Part shown: piece by piece, positions 18,112 to 27,746 of the stretch | Layout of the letters: every line of letters begins with the position of its first letter | How positions within the stretch are numbered: position 1 is the first letter of the stretch | From: Flavobacterium sp. | Lineage (GTDB): Bacteria; Bacteroidota; Bacteroidia; Flavobacteriales; Flavobacteriaceae | Direction: 5' to 3' | DNA length: 36,311 nucleotides | NCBI GenBank assembly: GCA_043733645.1 | Contig: JAYTGH010000187.1 | Location: 1-36,311 of the forward strand | Notes under the pieces: model-generated | Seen by the model: the letters and a program-made list of their open reading frames with translations, nothing else | What the model was told of the DNA's origin: nothing | Database searches by the model: none | Position numbers and translations under genes: made by a program

Positions 18112-18420
18112 ATGAAACAAAAAAAAGAACGGGCAACGGTTAGCCCAACGGAACATCTAAGCAGGTGTTTGAAAAACCCTCTTTTCTCAGCGATCTTTAA
18201 AATATTGCTTGAAAAAGATACACGGATTAGACCCAAAGATGTGGCAGAGGTTTTTCAAAATTATACCCCAACGATGGTTGGTAATTATTTTAGGCGACTG
18301 CGGCAATATGGCATTTTTGAAAAAAGCCGCGAGGGAAAAGCCGTTTACTACGGATTCAGTGATAAAAAACTGAAAAAAGAAACAGAAAGGTATTTTAAGA
18401 ACCTTAAAATAGCCGCTTAA
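18112..18420 (+). CDS. Winged-HTH (ArsR-like) regulator
   Basis: LKNPLFSAIFKILL...DVAEVF...VGNYFRRLRQYGIFEKSREGKAVYY. Confidence 0.7.
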   Translation: MKQKKERATVSPTEHLSRCLKNPLFSAIFKILLEKDTRIRPKDVAEVFQNYTPTMVGNYFRRLRQYGIFEKSREGKAVYYGFSDKKLKKETERYFKNLKIAA

Positions 18421-18506
18421 AACACCGCTTTTTTAAGACTTTCAAATACATCAATCAATACTCAAATAGCCGCTTCAATACGGTTTTTTTAAGACTTTCA
18501 AATACA
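18407..18506 (+). repeat. Imperfect tandem duplication (about 44 bp x2)
   Basis: AAATAGCCGCTT-N8/10-TTTTTTAAGACTTTCAAATACA at 18407-18450 and 18464-18506. Confidence 0.8.
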
Positions 18507-18565
18507 CCAGCATGATTCAATAATTTCATCAATCTATTTTATTTCATTCAAAATTAATTTTCACA

Positions 18566-18991
18566 ATGATTCTACAGCACAACAAAATTATCGGTTCAAA
18601 TGGCACGACTACATTTCTCCTTGAAAGTTCGGCAGAAACAATTGATTTTCAAACGGTTGCATCTACCCCTTCCCAAACTGAGGCACTCCGCGCGAAATGT
18701 AAGCAGATGGTCATCAAAATGACCGACAGCAAAACACCTATTGAGAAAGAAACGATTGCTGAATTTTTCAATACACAGGCAAAAGGAGACAAAGATGGGT
18801 TGCTTATGACCCTCATATTGTCAGCTATTTTCAATCGCCTCAATAGCCCCATGACAGATTTTCAATTTTCCATAGTTGAAAAAATGGTCGGTGAAGTGGA
18901 GATTTTTTTGGATGGATTCAAATCCCAAATTTTAGATAAGTTTTTTCTTGAACAGAGTATAGATCAGCTCGAAAAAGAAATGTTATCATAG
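18566..18991 (+). CDS. Hypothetical protein
   Basis: 141-aa ORF, ATG start, AT-rich leader, followed by hairpins. Confidence 0.6.
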   Translation: MILQHNKIIGSNGTTTFLLESSAETIDFQTVASTPSQTEALRAKCKQMVIKMTDSKTPIEKETIAEFFNTQAKGDKDGLLMTLILSAIFNRLNSPMTDFQFSIVEKMVGEVEIFLDGFKSQILDKFFLEQSIDQLEKEMLS

Positions 18992-19151
18992 GTTGATATT
19001 GTGTCTTTTCATCCGTTCCCCTCGCTTTTCAAATGGCGAGGGTGATTTTTCTACTATTCAATGAAGCATGGTTTTAAATGATATTTTCTGACTATCCCCT
19101 GTTTCGGCAAGGGTAGTTTTTTAAGCCACTATTAAAAGTAACATACAGACT

Positions 19152-19466
19152 ATGAAAAATTCTTTTTTACCCTTCATGTTGGGAATAGCGTGGTCACTTA
19201 CGGGTGTCTATATCTTCCTGAATTGGGATGAAATTACACACAGTGGCTGGCAAATCCCAAAAGTGGGCGTTGTCATTTTCTGTTTAGTCAGCTTTGGCAG
19301 TCTATTTTCGTACATGACGCTACTCGTAGCCACACATTACGATGCACCTACGCCTACACGGAGGGACGAAACAAAACAAACATCAACTGAAACGAATGAG
19401 ACTGAAACGGAGGAGCTGGTAGAGTTGCCGCCATTAAGAACAATTTATAAAAAACATACACTATGA
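19152..19466 (+). CDS. Two-TM membrane protein (holin candidate)
   Basis: Two hydrophobic helices and a charged tail, two genes upstream of the muramidase. Confidence 0.5.
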   Translation: MKNSFLPFMLGIAWSLTGVYIFLNWDEITHSGWQIPKVGVVIFCLVSFGSLFSYMTLLVATHYDAPTPTRRDETKQTSTETNETETEELVELPPLRTIYKKHTL

Positions 19467-19729
19467 GAAAACCTGAATTAAGGAGCGACAATGCGCGGTT
19501 TTGGTTTCGCATTGACTTAGGAGAAATATCATTCTCCATTTTCAACATAACCAAATTCATCAAACTACCTAAAATAGACATTTTTACTGAGGGGTCACTG
19601 ACGGAGCTTGTCAACGCCATTGCCGAGCGATGTGGCGAAAAAGATGTAGCAGCCTTTAGAATACTGATAATCGGGCTTTTAGCTTGCTTTAGTATTTTGA
19701 TGTTTTCAAAAATCATTGAATCCATTTAA
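19463..19729 (+). CDS. Small protein with C-terminal TM
   Basis: ATGA overlap with the previous gene; hydrophobic C-terminus. Confidence 0.5.
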   Translation: MRKPELRSDNARFWFRIDLGEISFSIFNITKFIKLPKIDIFTEGSLTELVNAIAERCGEKDVAAFRILIIGLLACFSILMFSKIIESI

Positions 19730-19740
19730 AAGTTATCAAA

Positions 19741-20574
19741 ATGAGCAATAATAAATTAGACCGTACTCAAATCATTGATATTGACACTTTACAGGCGTTT
19801 GGTACGCTCGTGACAGCGGCAAGGTATCAAATTGAAAAGGTGTTCCGATGGCTCAAAAATCCGTATGCTTTGGTTGTGATTGTGTTGCTGTTTACAGCTA
19901 TGATTTCAGTGTCGTTGTATAGAGACAATAAAGTGCCTTTTAAGGAGATTGTCTATGTAGAAAAAATTGAAAAAAAAATAACGGTTCTCTCGGCTGCCAA
20001 GCCAAAAAAAAAAGTAACTAAACCCAATACCATCACCCCCGCAGATAGAAGCATCGAAATAGTACCTTCTACTACCAATACGGTGAGCGACATTAAACCG
20101 GCTACAAAATCAGAAATTGACGAAGTACCCCGCTCAGTACAAAAGGACTTTTTAAAGACATACAGTAATATTTCAATTCAAGAAATGGATCGTACAGGCA
20201 TTCCTGCCAGCATCACGATGGCGCAAGCTGTGATTGAAAGTAGGTTTGGCACCAGTACCCTTGCGAGAGAAACAAATAATCATTTTGGCATCAAGTGTTT
20301 TTCTAAAAGTTGCAAACCGGGTCATTGCGTCAATAAATACGATGATTTCCACAAAGACTTTTTCAGAACATACAAAACCGTAGATGAAAGTTTTATTGAG
20401 CATAGCAATTTTTTGATGAAAAACACCTACCGCAAGTTATTGAAGTTTGGCAAAGACTATCGGTCATGGGCAAAAGGATTGCGCGAATATGGATACGCTA
20501 CGGACAAACAGTATGATAAAAAGTTGATTCAAGTCATTGAAAAATATGACTTGACACATTTAGACTATTTATAA
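19741..20574 (+). CDS. GH73 glucosaminidase/muramidase (FlgJ-like) with N-terminal TM anchor
   Basis: GIPASITMAQAVIES, NNHFGIKC, GYATDKQY motifs. Confidence 0.9.
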   Translation: MSNNKLDRTQIIDIDTLQAFGTLVTAARYQIEKVFRWLKNPYALVVIVLLFTAMISVSLYRDNKVPFKEIVYVEKIEKKITVLSAAKPKKKVTKPNTITPADRSIEIVPSTTNTVSDIKPATKSEIDEVPRSVQKDFLKTYSNISIQEMDRTGIPASITMAQAVIESRFGTSTLARETNNHFGIKCFSKSCKPGHCVNKYDDFHKDFFRTYKTVDESFIEHSNFLMKNTYRKLLKFGKDYRSWAKGLREYGYATDKQYDKKLIQVIEKYDLTHLDYL

Positions 20575-20726
20575 CAGATTTATACTGAGGGGGTGTTTAC
20601 GCATCGCATACATATATACATACACGCAAGGAGACTTGTAAACATACAAATTGGTAGAGATACAAACTGCACACACAGATACATTTAAAAGATATTGTAT
20701 TTTTGTATCTCACATACAGACACGCC

Positions 20727-20746
20727 CATACATACAAGCATACATA
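20727..20746 (+). repeat. 20-bp box CATACATACAAGCATACATA, copy 2
   Basis: Exact match, 36 nt upstream of ATG 20783. Confidence 0.85.
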
Positions 20747-20782
20747 TACATACAAGATAATTCTAAAATACAAAATATCATC

Positions 20783-22261
20783 ATGGCATCATTAGCATTA
20801 GAAATCAAACTATTGACATACAAAGACATACAGGCGTACACCGCAGGAGATATTGCCGATTATTTTGGCATTGAGCGAGGCACGTTTTCACAAGCCTACG
20901 GGCGCAAAGTTCGCGAGGCTAAAATAGGAGGCAATTATAGCGTCAATGACCCCCTCAGTAAAGAAGCCATGCAACGGCTTTCTTTCCATTTCAGCCGTAT
21001 ATCTGAAAATGCTAAGGCTATTTCAGAAGAAATTAAACTGCACCCCCTTGATGCAGACAAATCTCTTCGAGTTGCTGTATCCAATGGCATACAAAGACAA
21101 TCGCCAACATACAATAACGACAGAGATACAGACATACACATACAGACATACAAAGACAAGATACAAGGATTGAATACAGACATACAGACATACAAAGACA
21201 AATACAACGACATACAAATACAGATACAAAAGCACATACAGGAAAAGACAGATACAAATACAAGCATACATACATACATACAAAACGCCGAGCAGCTACA
21301 AAGACAAATACAAGTTCTGAAAGACAAGATACAGACACAGACAGATACAATTCTCCAACTGAAAGACACAGACAACTACAAAAACGTAGTGTCCGCTAAT
21401 ACTGAGCTATCCACAGCCAAAATGGAGCGTGACAGCTTTGAGCAAAAATATCAAGCCTCAACGCAAGAAACAGCCCTTTGGAAAGGACAATTGAACCAAC
21501 TACGAGACGAAATGACCGTGTTGCTCAAAACCATTTACGATAAAGAAGCTGAAATACAACGCATGGCTTTTCAGATAAGCCAAAAAGATATTGATACTGA
21601 AAGACAAGTTAGAGAGACAGAAACGGCAATCCGTCTGAGTGTCGGTGAAGAAATCAAAAAAGCTCAAAGTGAATGGGATACGCAAATACATACAACCATA
21701 CATACATACAAGGAAAGCATTACGAATTTGGAAACTGAAAACGCTCAATTGAAGCTCGAAATAAAGCAGATCGCCAAGAGCAATACTGAGGGGTATCTGA
21801 AAATTGAAATGACCGTGTTGGCTGCAATCACAGGACTGTCATTAATAGGGTTTATGATTTTTCAGGGGATTAAAACCCGTGACTTCTTTGTGTTGACTGA
21901 CTCCGTAGGGAAGGCAGCCGGAGAGACTTCGGCGACTATATTCGCTATCTGTTTCGCCTTTTTTGGTTTGGCGTTGACCATCGCTTTACCGATGTCAAAT
22001 GAGGAAATGGCTAAAAAAGTGTGGTTTGATTTCCTTCCGGTTCGCACGTTGCCATTGTTGGTGTTCTCAATCATTTGTTTTTTCATCAATATCTATGTCA
22101 ACTCTGATAAAACGGATGAGTTTACAGGATGGCAAACATGGGTTATTATCAACTTCAAATCGTTCCTCACGCCATTTGCTGAATTTTGCTTTGGATTTAT
22201 TCTTTTGACTTTGAGGAATAAGAGGGAAGATTTTATTAAACTTATAGACCTTTTAAAATAG
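20783..22261 (+). CDS. HTH + coiled-coil + multi-TM protein
   Basis: YTAGDIADYFGIERGTFSQ (HTH-like), long heptad region, about 4 C-terminal TMs. ATG 20783 preferred over TTG 20651. Confidence 0.7.
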   Translation: MASLALEIKLLTYKDIQAYTAGDIADYFGIERGTFSQAYGRKVREAKIGGNYSVNDPLSKEAMQRLSFHFSRISENAKAISEEIKLHPLDADKSLRVAVSNGIQRQSPTYNNDRDTDIHIQTYKDKIQGLNTDIQTYKDKYNDIQIQIQKHIQEKTDTNTSIHTYIQNAEQLQRQIQVLKDKIQTQTDTILQLKDTDNYKNVVSANTELSTAKMERDSFEQKYQASTQETALWKGQLNQLRDEMTVLLKTIYDKEAEIQRMAFQISQKDIDTERQVRETETAIRLSVGEEIKKAQSEWDTQIHTTIHTYKESITNLETENAQLKLEIKQIAKSNTEGYLKIEMTVLAAITGLSLIGFMIFQGIKTRDFFVLTDSVGKAAGETSATIFAICFAFFGLALTIALPMSNEEMAKKVWFDFLPVRTLPLLVFSIICFFINIYVNSDKTDEFTGWQTWVIINFKSFLTPFAEFCFGFILLTLRNKREDFIKLIDLLK

Positions 22262-22270
22262 GAAAATCTC

Positions 22271-22480
22271 ATGCAACAACAACTTATATTTGACTCTCAC
22301 ACGCATATAGCCGCCTACGAGTGCTTATGTGGAAAACCCAATCAAGCAGGTTTAGCAGCTACTGAAACGCAATGCACTGACCGAGGCTGCGGACTGAAAT
22401 ATAGAATCTCAGGGAGTGGGGTCGTGTCGCTCAAAGTGGCGAAGTTTAAGCCGATGAAAAACCTCATTTTTAACCTTTAA
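22271..22480 (+). CDS. Small Zn-ribbon-like protein
   Basis: YECLCG...CTDRGCG. Confidence 0.5.
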   Translation: MQQQLIFDSHTHIAAYECLCGKPNQAGLAATETQCTDRGCGLKYRISGSGVVSLKVAKFKPMKNLIFNL

Positions 22481-22493
22481 AAAATCTTATCAA

Positions 22494-22724
22494 ATGGAAT
22501 TTACATTGTACCCAACAAATGATTGCGAATTGAAAGGTAAAGAATTTGAAGTTGACCGCTTAGATTTAAAGCAAAGCGATGATGATTTATTAGGCGAATT
22601 GATGATTGAAATGCCTTTAAACAATGATGAAGGTAATGCGAAAATCTATTTTAGCAGGAGCGATGCAATGGCTTTGGCTGGCAATATTGAACTATTTTTG
22701 AAAATCATACACCCCTCAGTATAA
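22494..22724 (+). CDS. Small acidic hypothetical protein
   Basis: 76 aa, in operon. Confidence 0.55.
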   Translation: MEFTLYPTNDCELKGKEFEVDRLDLKQSDDDLLGELMIEMPLNNDEGNAKIYFSRSDAMALAGNIELFLKIIHPSV

Positions 22725-22753
22725 ATCAAATTTTTTTAAATCATTATTTTTCT

Positions 22754-22791
22754 AATACCCCCTCAGTATTCTGTGATACTGAGGGGGTATT
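22754..22791. terminator. Terminator hairpin made of two inverted TACTGAGGGG motifs
   Basis: AATACCCCCTCAGTAT-TCTGTG-ATACTGAGGGGGTATT: perfect 16-bp stem followed by TCTTTTT. Confidence 0.8.
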
Positions 22792-22893
22792 TCTTTTTAA
22801 ACAAATTTGTTTTATAAATACGAAAAATTTGTTTTTATAAAACAAATAGTTTTATATTGCGACCTGAAGACCGAATTTTTATACTTTTTTACT

Positions 22894-23286
22894 ATGAGTT
22901 ATAACTTTTTTGAATCTGTTTCGGCAGGTTTTCCAAGTCCTGCTACTGACTATATGGATGCTAAACTCGACCTCAATGAGTTGTGCATCCGAAACCCTTC
23001 TGCTACATTTTTCATCAAAGTATCAGGCGATTCGATGCAAGGAGCTTCGATTTCGGATGGCGATATTTTGATTGTGGATCGTTCCATCCATGCGCGCCCA
23101 GGCGACATCATTATTGCAGTTGTAGAGTCGGAGTTTCTTGTCAAGCGATACCGCAAGCAGGGCAAATTTGTTGTTTTAGCCGCCGAAAATCTCAATTATA
23201 CGCCCATCATCATTGAACCTGATACAGATTTTCAGGTTTGGGGGGTCGTTACAAGTGTTATCCATCAATTCAAAAATAAACCTTAA
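22894..23286 (+). CDS. umuD: DNA polymerase V accessory subunit UmuD (S24 peptidase)
   Basis: VSAGFPSPA cleavage site, VSGDSM Ser, FLVKRY Lys; ATG 22894. Confidence 0.92.
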   Translation: MSYNFFESVSAGFPSPATDYMDAKLDLNELCIRNPSATFFIKVSGDSMQGASISDGDILIVDRSIHARPGDIIIAVVESEFLVKRYRKQGKFVVLAAENLNYTPIIIEPDTDFQVWGVVTSVIHQFKNKP

Positions 23287-24557
23287 TGTTTGCGCTCATT
23301 GATTGCAATAACTTCTACGCTTCGTGCGAGCGTGTATTCAATCCAAAATTGGAAGGCAAGCCAATTGTTGTTTTGAGCAATAACGATGGTTGCGTAGTGG
23401 CGCGGAGCAACGAGGCAAAGGCATTGGGGATTAAAATGGGCATTCCATTTTTTCAGATTAAAGATGTGATAAAAAAGCAGGGTGTCAAGGTTTGTTCATC
23501 AAATTACGCGCTCTATGGCGATATGTCCGAGCGTGTTATGTGTGTATTGCAAGCGCATTGCGCGGATGTGGAGGTGTATTCAATTGACGAATCATTTTTA
23601 CATTTGAATTTTTATGGTCAAACGGAATCAACCCTCATGGATTACGGTCAAGTTTTGCGGCAAACGGTGAAGCAATGGACGGGTATTCCTGTTAGCGTGG
23701 GCATCGCTGAGACTAAAACATTGGCTAAATTGGCTAATCATTTAGCCAAAAAAACACTTTCTGGAGTATTCTATTTATCTAATAATTCTGACATTTTGAA
23801 AGAAATTCAAATTGGAGAAGTTTGGGGTATTGGCAGGGCGAATCAGGCACGGCTGCATGATCAAGGGATTCAAACCGTTTGGGAATTGAAACAAATGGCT
23901 GAGGCTTGGGCGCGAAAGGAACTCGGCGGTGTGGTGGGGGTACGCCTGTTGAAAGAGCTGAAAGGCTTTCCTTGCTACGAGCTTGAACTACTTGTGACCA
24001 ATCGTAAAAATATGTGTGTATCTCGTTCCTTTCAGCGCGATATTGGCAATGTCAATGACCTAAAAGAAGCGATTGCCACTTATGCCACGCGCATCGCTGA
24101 AAAACTGCGGCATTTTGAACAAAAAACAGGGGCTATATCGGTGTTTTTAGTCAGAAACCGTTTTAAAGGCAATGATACTGAGGGGGGGTATGCCTACTCA
24201 AATCAAACCGTAGAATTGAATGTACCGAGTTCAGATACGGCTAAAATTATTGCCTATGCCACTAAAATCATTGAACATTTGTATAAGAAAGGTTTGACTT
24301 ATAAAAAAGCAGGTATCATCGTCTCCGATTTGCGCCCGGCTAAAACCCTTCAAACAGACATTTTTGGTGAAGCATACACCGAGCGCAAACGTGAAGCTCT
24401 GATGGAAACAATGGATAAGCTCAATGCGCGGATGGGGCGCAACACAGTACGCGTAGCTACCTGTACGGGCAAAGCCTTTGGTGATTGGCAAATGAAAGCT
24501 GAATATCGCTCACCTCGATACACAACCCGTTGGGATGAGATTTTAGTAGTGAAGTAA
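23286..24557 (+). CDS. umuC: Y-family DNA polymerase V subunit UmuC
   Basis: [32 protein letters not shown]-terminal SPRYTTRW; TAATG coupling to umuD. Confidence 0.95.
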   Translation: MFALIDCNNFYASCERVFNPKLEGKPIVVLSNNDGCVVARSNEAKALGIKMGIPFFQIKDVIKKQGVKVCSSNYALYGDMSERVMCVLQAHCADVEVYSIDESFLHLNFYGQTESTLMDYGQVLRQTVKQWTGIPVSVGIAETKTLAKLANHLAKKTLSGVFYLSNNSDILKEIQIGEVWGIGRANQARLHDQGIQTVWELKQMAEAWARKELGGVVGVRLLKELKGFPCYELELLVTNRKNMCVSRSFQRDIGNVNDLKEAIATYATRIAEKLRHFEQKTGAISVFLVRNRFKGNDTEGGYAYSNQTVELNVPSSDTAKIIAYATKIIEHLYKKGLTYKKAGIIVSDLRPAKTLQTDIFGEAYTERKREALMETMDKLNARMGRNTVRVATCTGKAFGDWQMKAEYRSPRYTTRWDEILVVK

Positions 24558-24574
24558 TCAAAGCTCGGAGCCAT

Positions 24575-24610
24575 AAAAAAAGCAGCTACTTTTCGCGAGT
24601 AACTGCTTTT
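24575..24610. terminator. Bidirectional terminator
   Basis: A7-GCAGCTACT...AGTAACTGC-TTTT between convergent genes. Confidence 0.65.
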
Positions 24611-24641
24611 AGACTTTTAAAACAACGCTATTATTTAACGA

Positions 24642-25307
24642 TTACGCTAAACTTTCTTCTTCATTTTGGACTATTTGTAGAGCCTTTTCTTTGAACTCCA
24701 AATATGGTGGTGCTGAAGCCGCGCCTCCGCACTCGCTATATGTGTTCAAATAGCGGATGCTATCTACAGCTTGTCGAAATTGAGTCCTCATATCCGGGTT
24801 GCCCGTTCTGAAGTAATCCTTCGTTACGAAATTATCCTCGCCCACAAGTTCTCTCAACGCCTTTTCAAATTGTTGCATGGTTACTCCCACAGGCAGTTTT
24901 ACGGCGCATACCGCCACGTTCTCCGTATTTTCCGTATGTGTATAGCCCATGGCGATACTGAGCTTATGGCGCGTTTGGTCGGATGGTGACGCGCTGCCAT
25001 CGGGTAGTTGCTCCATCAAGATATTAGCAAAAGTGCTGCCTATTACTGAGGGGTCAAACTTCGCCGCTTTTTTCGCCTTAAATCGGTCAATGCGAACTGC
25101 TGCAACAACGGTGTCAAGCACTGCGCTTTTTCTTTCAGCCGCTTTTTGTTCCGCTTCATTTTGCGCTTGGATAGCGTCTTGCTCTGCCTTAAAAGGGTTG
25201 ACATCTGACGCAGCCGCACCAATTACCCCTTCATTTGGAAAAACAGAATCAAGAATTTGATTAACACCGCCAACCGTAGGTTGCTCAATAGGATTTGAAT
25301 TTTCCAT
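24642..25307 (-). CDS. Hypothetical protein
   Basis: 221-aa ORF in a minus-strand three-gene unit. Confidence 0.65.
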   Translation of the reverse strand: MENSNPIEQPTVGGVNQILDSVFPNEGVIGAAASDVNPFKAEQDAIQAQNEAEQKAAERKSAVLDTVVAAVRIDRFKAKKAAKFDPSVIGSTFANILMEQLPDGSASPSDQTRHKLSIAMGYTHTENTENVAVCAVKLPVGVTMQQFEKALRELVGEDNFVTKDYFRTGNPDMRTQFRQAVDSIRYLNTYSECGGAASAPPYLEFKEKALQIVQNEEESLA

Positions 25308-25360
25308 AATTTAATTTTTTTTTGATGAATAATTTATTTTAAAAAAAGGTAAATTTCGTG

Positions 25361-25380
25361 TATGTATGCTTGTATGTATG
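25361..25380 (-). repeat. 20-bp box CATACATACAAGCATACATA, copy 3
   Basis: Plus strand reads TATGTATGCTTGTATGTATG. Confidence 0.85.
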
Positions 25381-25391
25381 TGAAAAGCACA

Positions 25392-25703
25392 TTAACTCAA
25401 TGCCCATCTTAACTTATCAATATTGTCCTTCGCTATTGTATATTGAGAAGCATTCTCTAACACTTCATAATAGCGTTGACTAAGCAAGTGTACGAGATTG
25501 TCCCCTATTAATTGCATGATTTCTGGCGTTTCAGATGGATTGAAAATATCATCGGCTATTATTTTAGCCTTTTCCTCTTTATTAGGCTTGGGAGAATGTG
25601 GAGCAATACAACCTAAAGGAATATTCAATAAATTAGCCTTTGGATTATTGTCCAGTACAACATCCCTAATAAGATCTTCTACCGTTGAATTTAGTTTTGT
25701 CAT
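25392..25703 (-). CDS. Hypothetical protein
   Basis: 103-aa ORF, ATG start. Confidence 0.55.
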   Translation of the reverse strand: MTKLNSTVEDLIRDVVLDNNPKANLLNIPLGCIAPHSPKPNKEEKAKIIADDIFNPSETPEIMQLIGDNLVHLLSQRYYEVLENASQYTIAKDNIDKLRWALS

Positions 25704-25782
25704 TGATGAATTTATTGAAGCGATTGATGATTTTTATTGAAGCGAATTTTTAAATACATACATACAACCATACAGACACACC

Positions 25783-26271
25783 CTAAAATTTGGATACACC
25801 CTTATCAACAAGGATTATCTCTCTGTCTTTGTAAGCATCATGAAAGGCTATGAAATCAATTTGTTCTATAAACCTCATTTCCTTTGCGAAATATTGCCCT
25901 GATTCATCATCTTTCAGGTGGCGCGTCTCTTTTTTAATACCTGTTTTCCTGTTGACGCATTGTTCTAATTCCTCAAAATTGGCAGCGATGCGGCGAATAT
26001 TGGGCAGAATGGCTTTCATCTGCTCTGTAGAGTAGGGGTTTTTACCAAAAATGAAGCTCTCTTTTCGATTTTTTACGAGTTTCTCGAAGTCAATGTTCAA
26101 GTTTTCAGCCTTCAAATCGTCACGAGTGGGGTAGAAGATGATGTTGTACTTTTTGTAAGTGGGTGCGGAATCGTTTTCGTGATATTCAGCGACCATGCTG
26201 AAGTGAAAGCCGCCTTTCGTGCTACCCTTGCCGGTAACATAGGCGCACTTTGCGCGAATGAGTTTTGTCAT
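25783..26271 (-). CDS. Hypothetical protein
   Basis: 162-aa ORF; TATATTTG -7 element on the minus strand at 26385-26392. Confidence 0.6.
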   Translation of the reverse strand: MTKLIRAKCAYVTGKGSTKGGFHFSMVAEYHENDSAPTYKKYNIIFYPTRDDLKAENLNIDFEKLVKNRKESFIFGKNPYSTEQMKAILPNIRRIAANFEELEQCVNRKTGIKKETRHLKDDESGQYFAKEMRFIEQIDFIAFHDAYKDREIILVDKGVSKF

Positions 26272-26320
26272 GAGATTTTTAAATTAATAAATGGTTACGA
26301 TGATTTTTTTGCACACTATG

Positions 26321-26340
26321 TATGTATGCTTGTATGTATG
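26321..26340 (-). repeat. 20-bp box CATACATACAAGCATACATA, copy 4
   Basis: Lies in the divergent promoter region between 26271 and 26442. Confidence 0.85.
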
Positions 26341-26441
26341 TAAACCTTGCTGCTAAGAAGAAGTAGATTGTGGATGAGTAGGCGCAAATATATGTAAAAT
26401 GTAAATACAAATTATCAATTTTGTTCAAAAATAATTGAAAA

Positions 26442-27023
26442 ATGATTGTTGACGAACAAAATATTGGAGAAAACACACAAGATGATAGTCTCGAAAATGC
26501 TTACACCGAAGGCGACCAAGCCAACGAGCTTCACATGACATCTATACACGCATCCGAGAACGGCATAGTGGTCAACACTATTGAAGATAAAGAACGGATG
26601 GTCCTGATGAAAGAATCTGATGTTTTAAAAATGAAGAATATGCTTTTAGCATATCGCCAAGATAGAGCTGACAAAGATGCTTTTGCAGACGTGACGCGCC
26701 GCCTGATGTACTTTTTTTCGGGCATTCCGACAAAAACGGCTGAAATCAAAAAAATCATAGAATTTATTACCTCTTGTTTTTCAATCAAAAACGGCAAACG
26801 GAAATTCAATATCATCAAATTAGGCAAAAAGATTATTACAAATGATTTGCCTATGGCTGAAATTGCATCTATGGGCGATGCCTTAAACTTAACTGCCTTT
26901 GATGGATTCAAGCCAGTTGATTATGGCGATGCCTTTCAGCGAAATCAAATACCAATGATTGATATTAGCCCTCTTTTGGAAGTCGGAAAAACCCTTTTTA
27001 ATAACGAAAAAGAAGAAAAATAA
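26442..27023 (+). CDS. Hypothetical protein
   Basis: 193 aa; TAATG coupling to the next gene. Confidence 0.65.
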   Translation: MIVDEQNIGENTQDDSLENAYTEGDQANELHMTSIHASENGIVVNTIEDKERMVLMKESDVLKMKNMLLAYRQDRADKDAFADVTRRLMYFFSGIPTKTAEIKKIIEFITSCFSIKNGKRKFNIIKLGKKIITNDLPMAEIASMGDALNLTAFDGFKPVDYGDAFQRNQIPMIDISPLLEVGKTLFNNEKEEK

Positions 27024-27706
27024 TGACTGAACCAACTAAGCCCTTGGTTTTTGATGCTGACTTCATTGATGATATTGCTAAAGATGAAGTCGATAGAAAA
27101 GAATCTATCAATGAATTTATCCAAAATATGACGCGCCCTGACCGTGTTGCGCCTGAAGACGATAATGAAGATACCCCCTCAGTACAAGGCGATAAATCGG
27201 ACGACGACGACAATGCAGAAGCCGCAAGCGACGACAAAAGCAATACAGGATCAAGCGAAGGTAAAGACACTTTCAATCTGTTTGATTTTTTGGAATTGGA
27301 CAATATAGCTGAATGGTGGGAAGGGGCTTTGGTGTTTGGTTCTATCCGAGCGCATGATTATTTCGATGACTCTCGCGAAATTCAGCAAGCTCGTGAAAGA
27401 ATCGTCACTTCCATGTCGCAAGGTGGCTTGAATGAGGATCAATTGAAATACCTCAAAGCGCGATATGATGAGCTGGGTGTAGCCTTGCAGGAACGGGAAG
27501 ATGGACGCGCTAATTTGAAAGAAGATTTAGAGTTTCCTGATAAAATCAAAGCCAAATTCAATCAGATATTTAAAAAGTGGTTTGACACAAAAAGTTTGAA
27601 TGTGGATTTGTCTCCGGGTTGGGCATTGGTGTTGATGGCGTTGGGCATGATGATGTATTCTTTGGTGATTGTCGGTAAAACACGGTATTCATATCGGAAA
27701 GTGTAA
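27023..27706 (+). CDS. Acidic protein with C-terminal TM, upstream of the ATPase
   Basis: LSPGWALVLMALGMMMYSLVIVG TM segment; acidic N-terminus. Confidence 0.65.
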   Translation: MTEPTKPLVFDADFIDDIAKDEVDRKESINEFIQNMTRPDRVAPEDDNEDTPSVQGDKSDDDDNAEAASDDKSNTGSSEGKDTFNLFDFLELDNIAEWWEGALVFGSIRAHDYFDDSREIQQARERIVTSMSQGGLNEDQLKYLKARYDELGVALQEREDGRANLKEDLEFPDKIKAKFNQIFKKWFDTKSLNVDLSPGWALVLMALGMMMYSLVIVGKTRYSYRKV

Positions 27707-27746
27707 GTTTTCTTGTATGTCATAGCTTAAACAATTTATAAAAATA

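Noticed and set aside
20935-21375. Cys/Val/Met-rich minus-strand ORFs (20935, 21023, 21033)
   Set aside because: Antisense shadows of the ACA-repeat region, which lacks stop codons on that strand.
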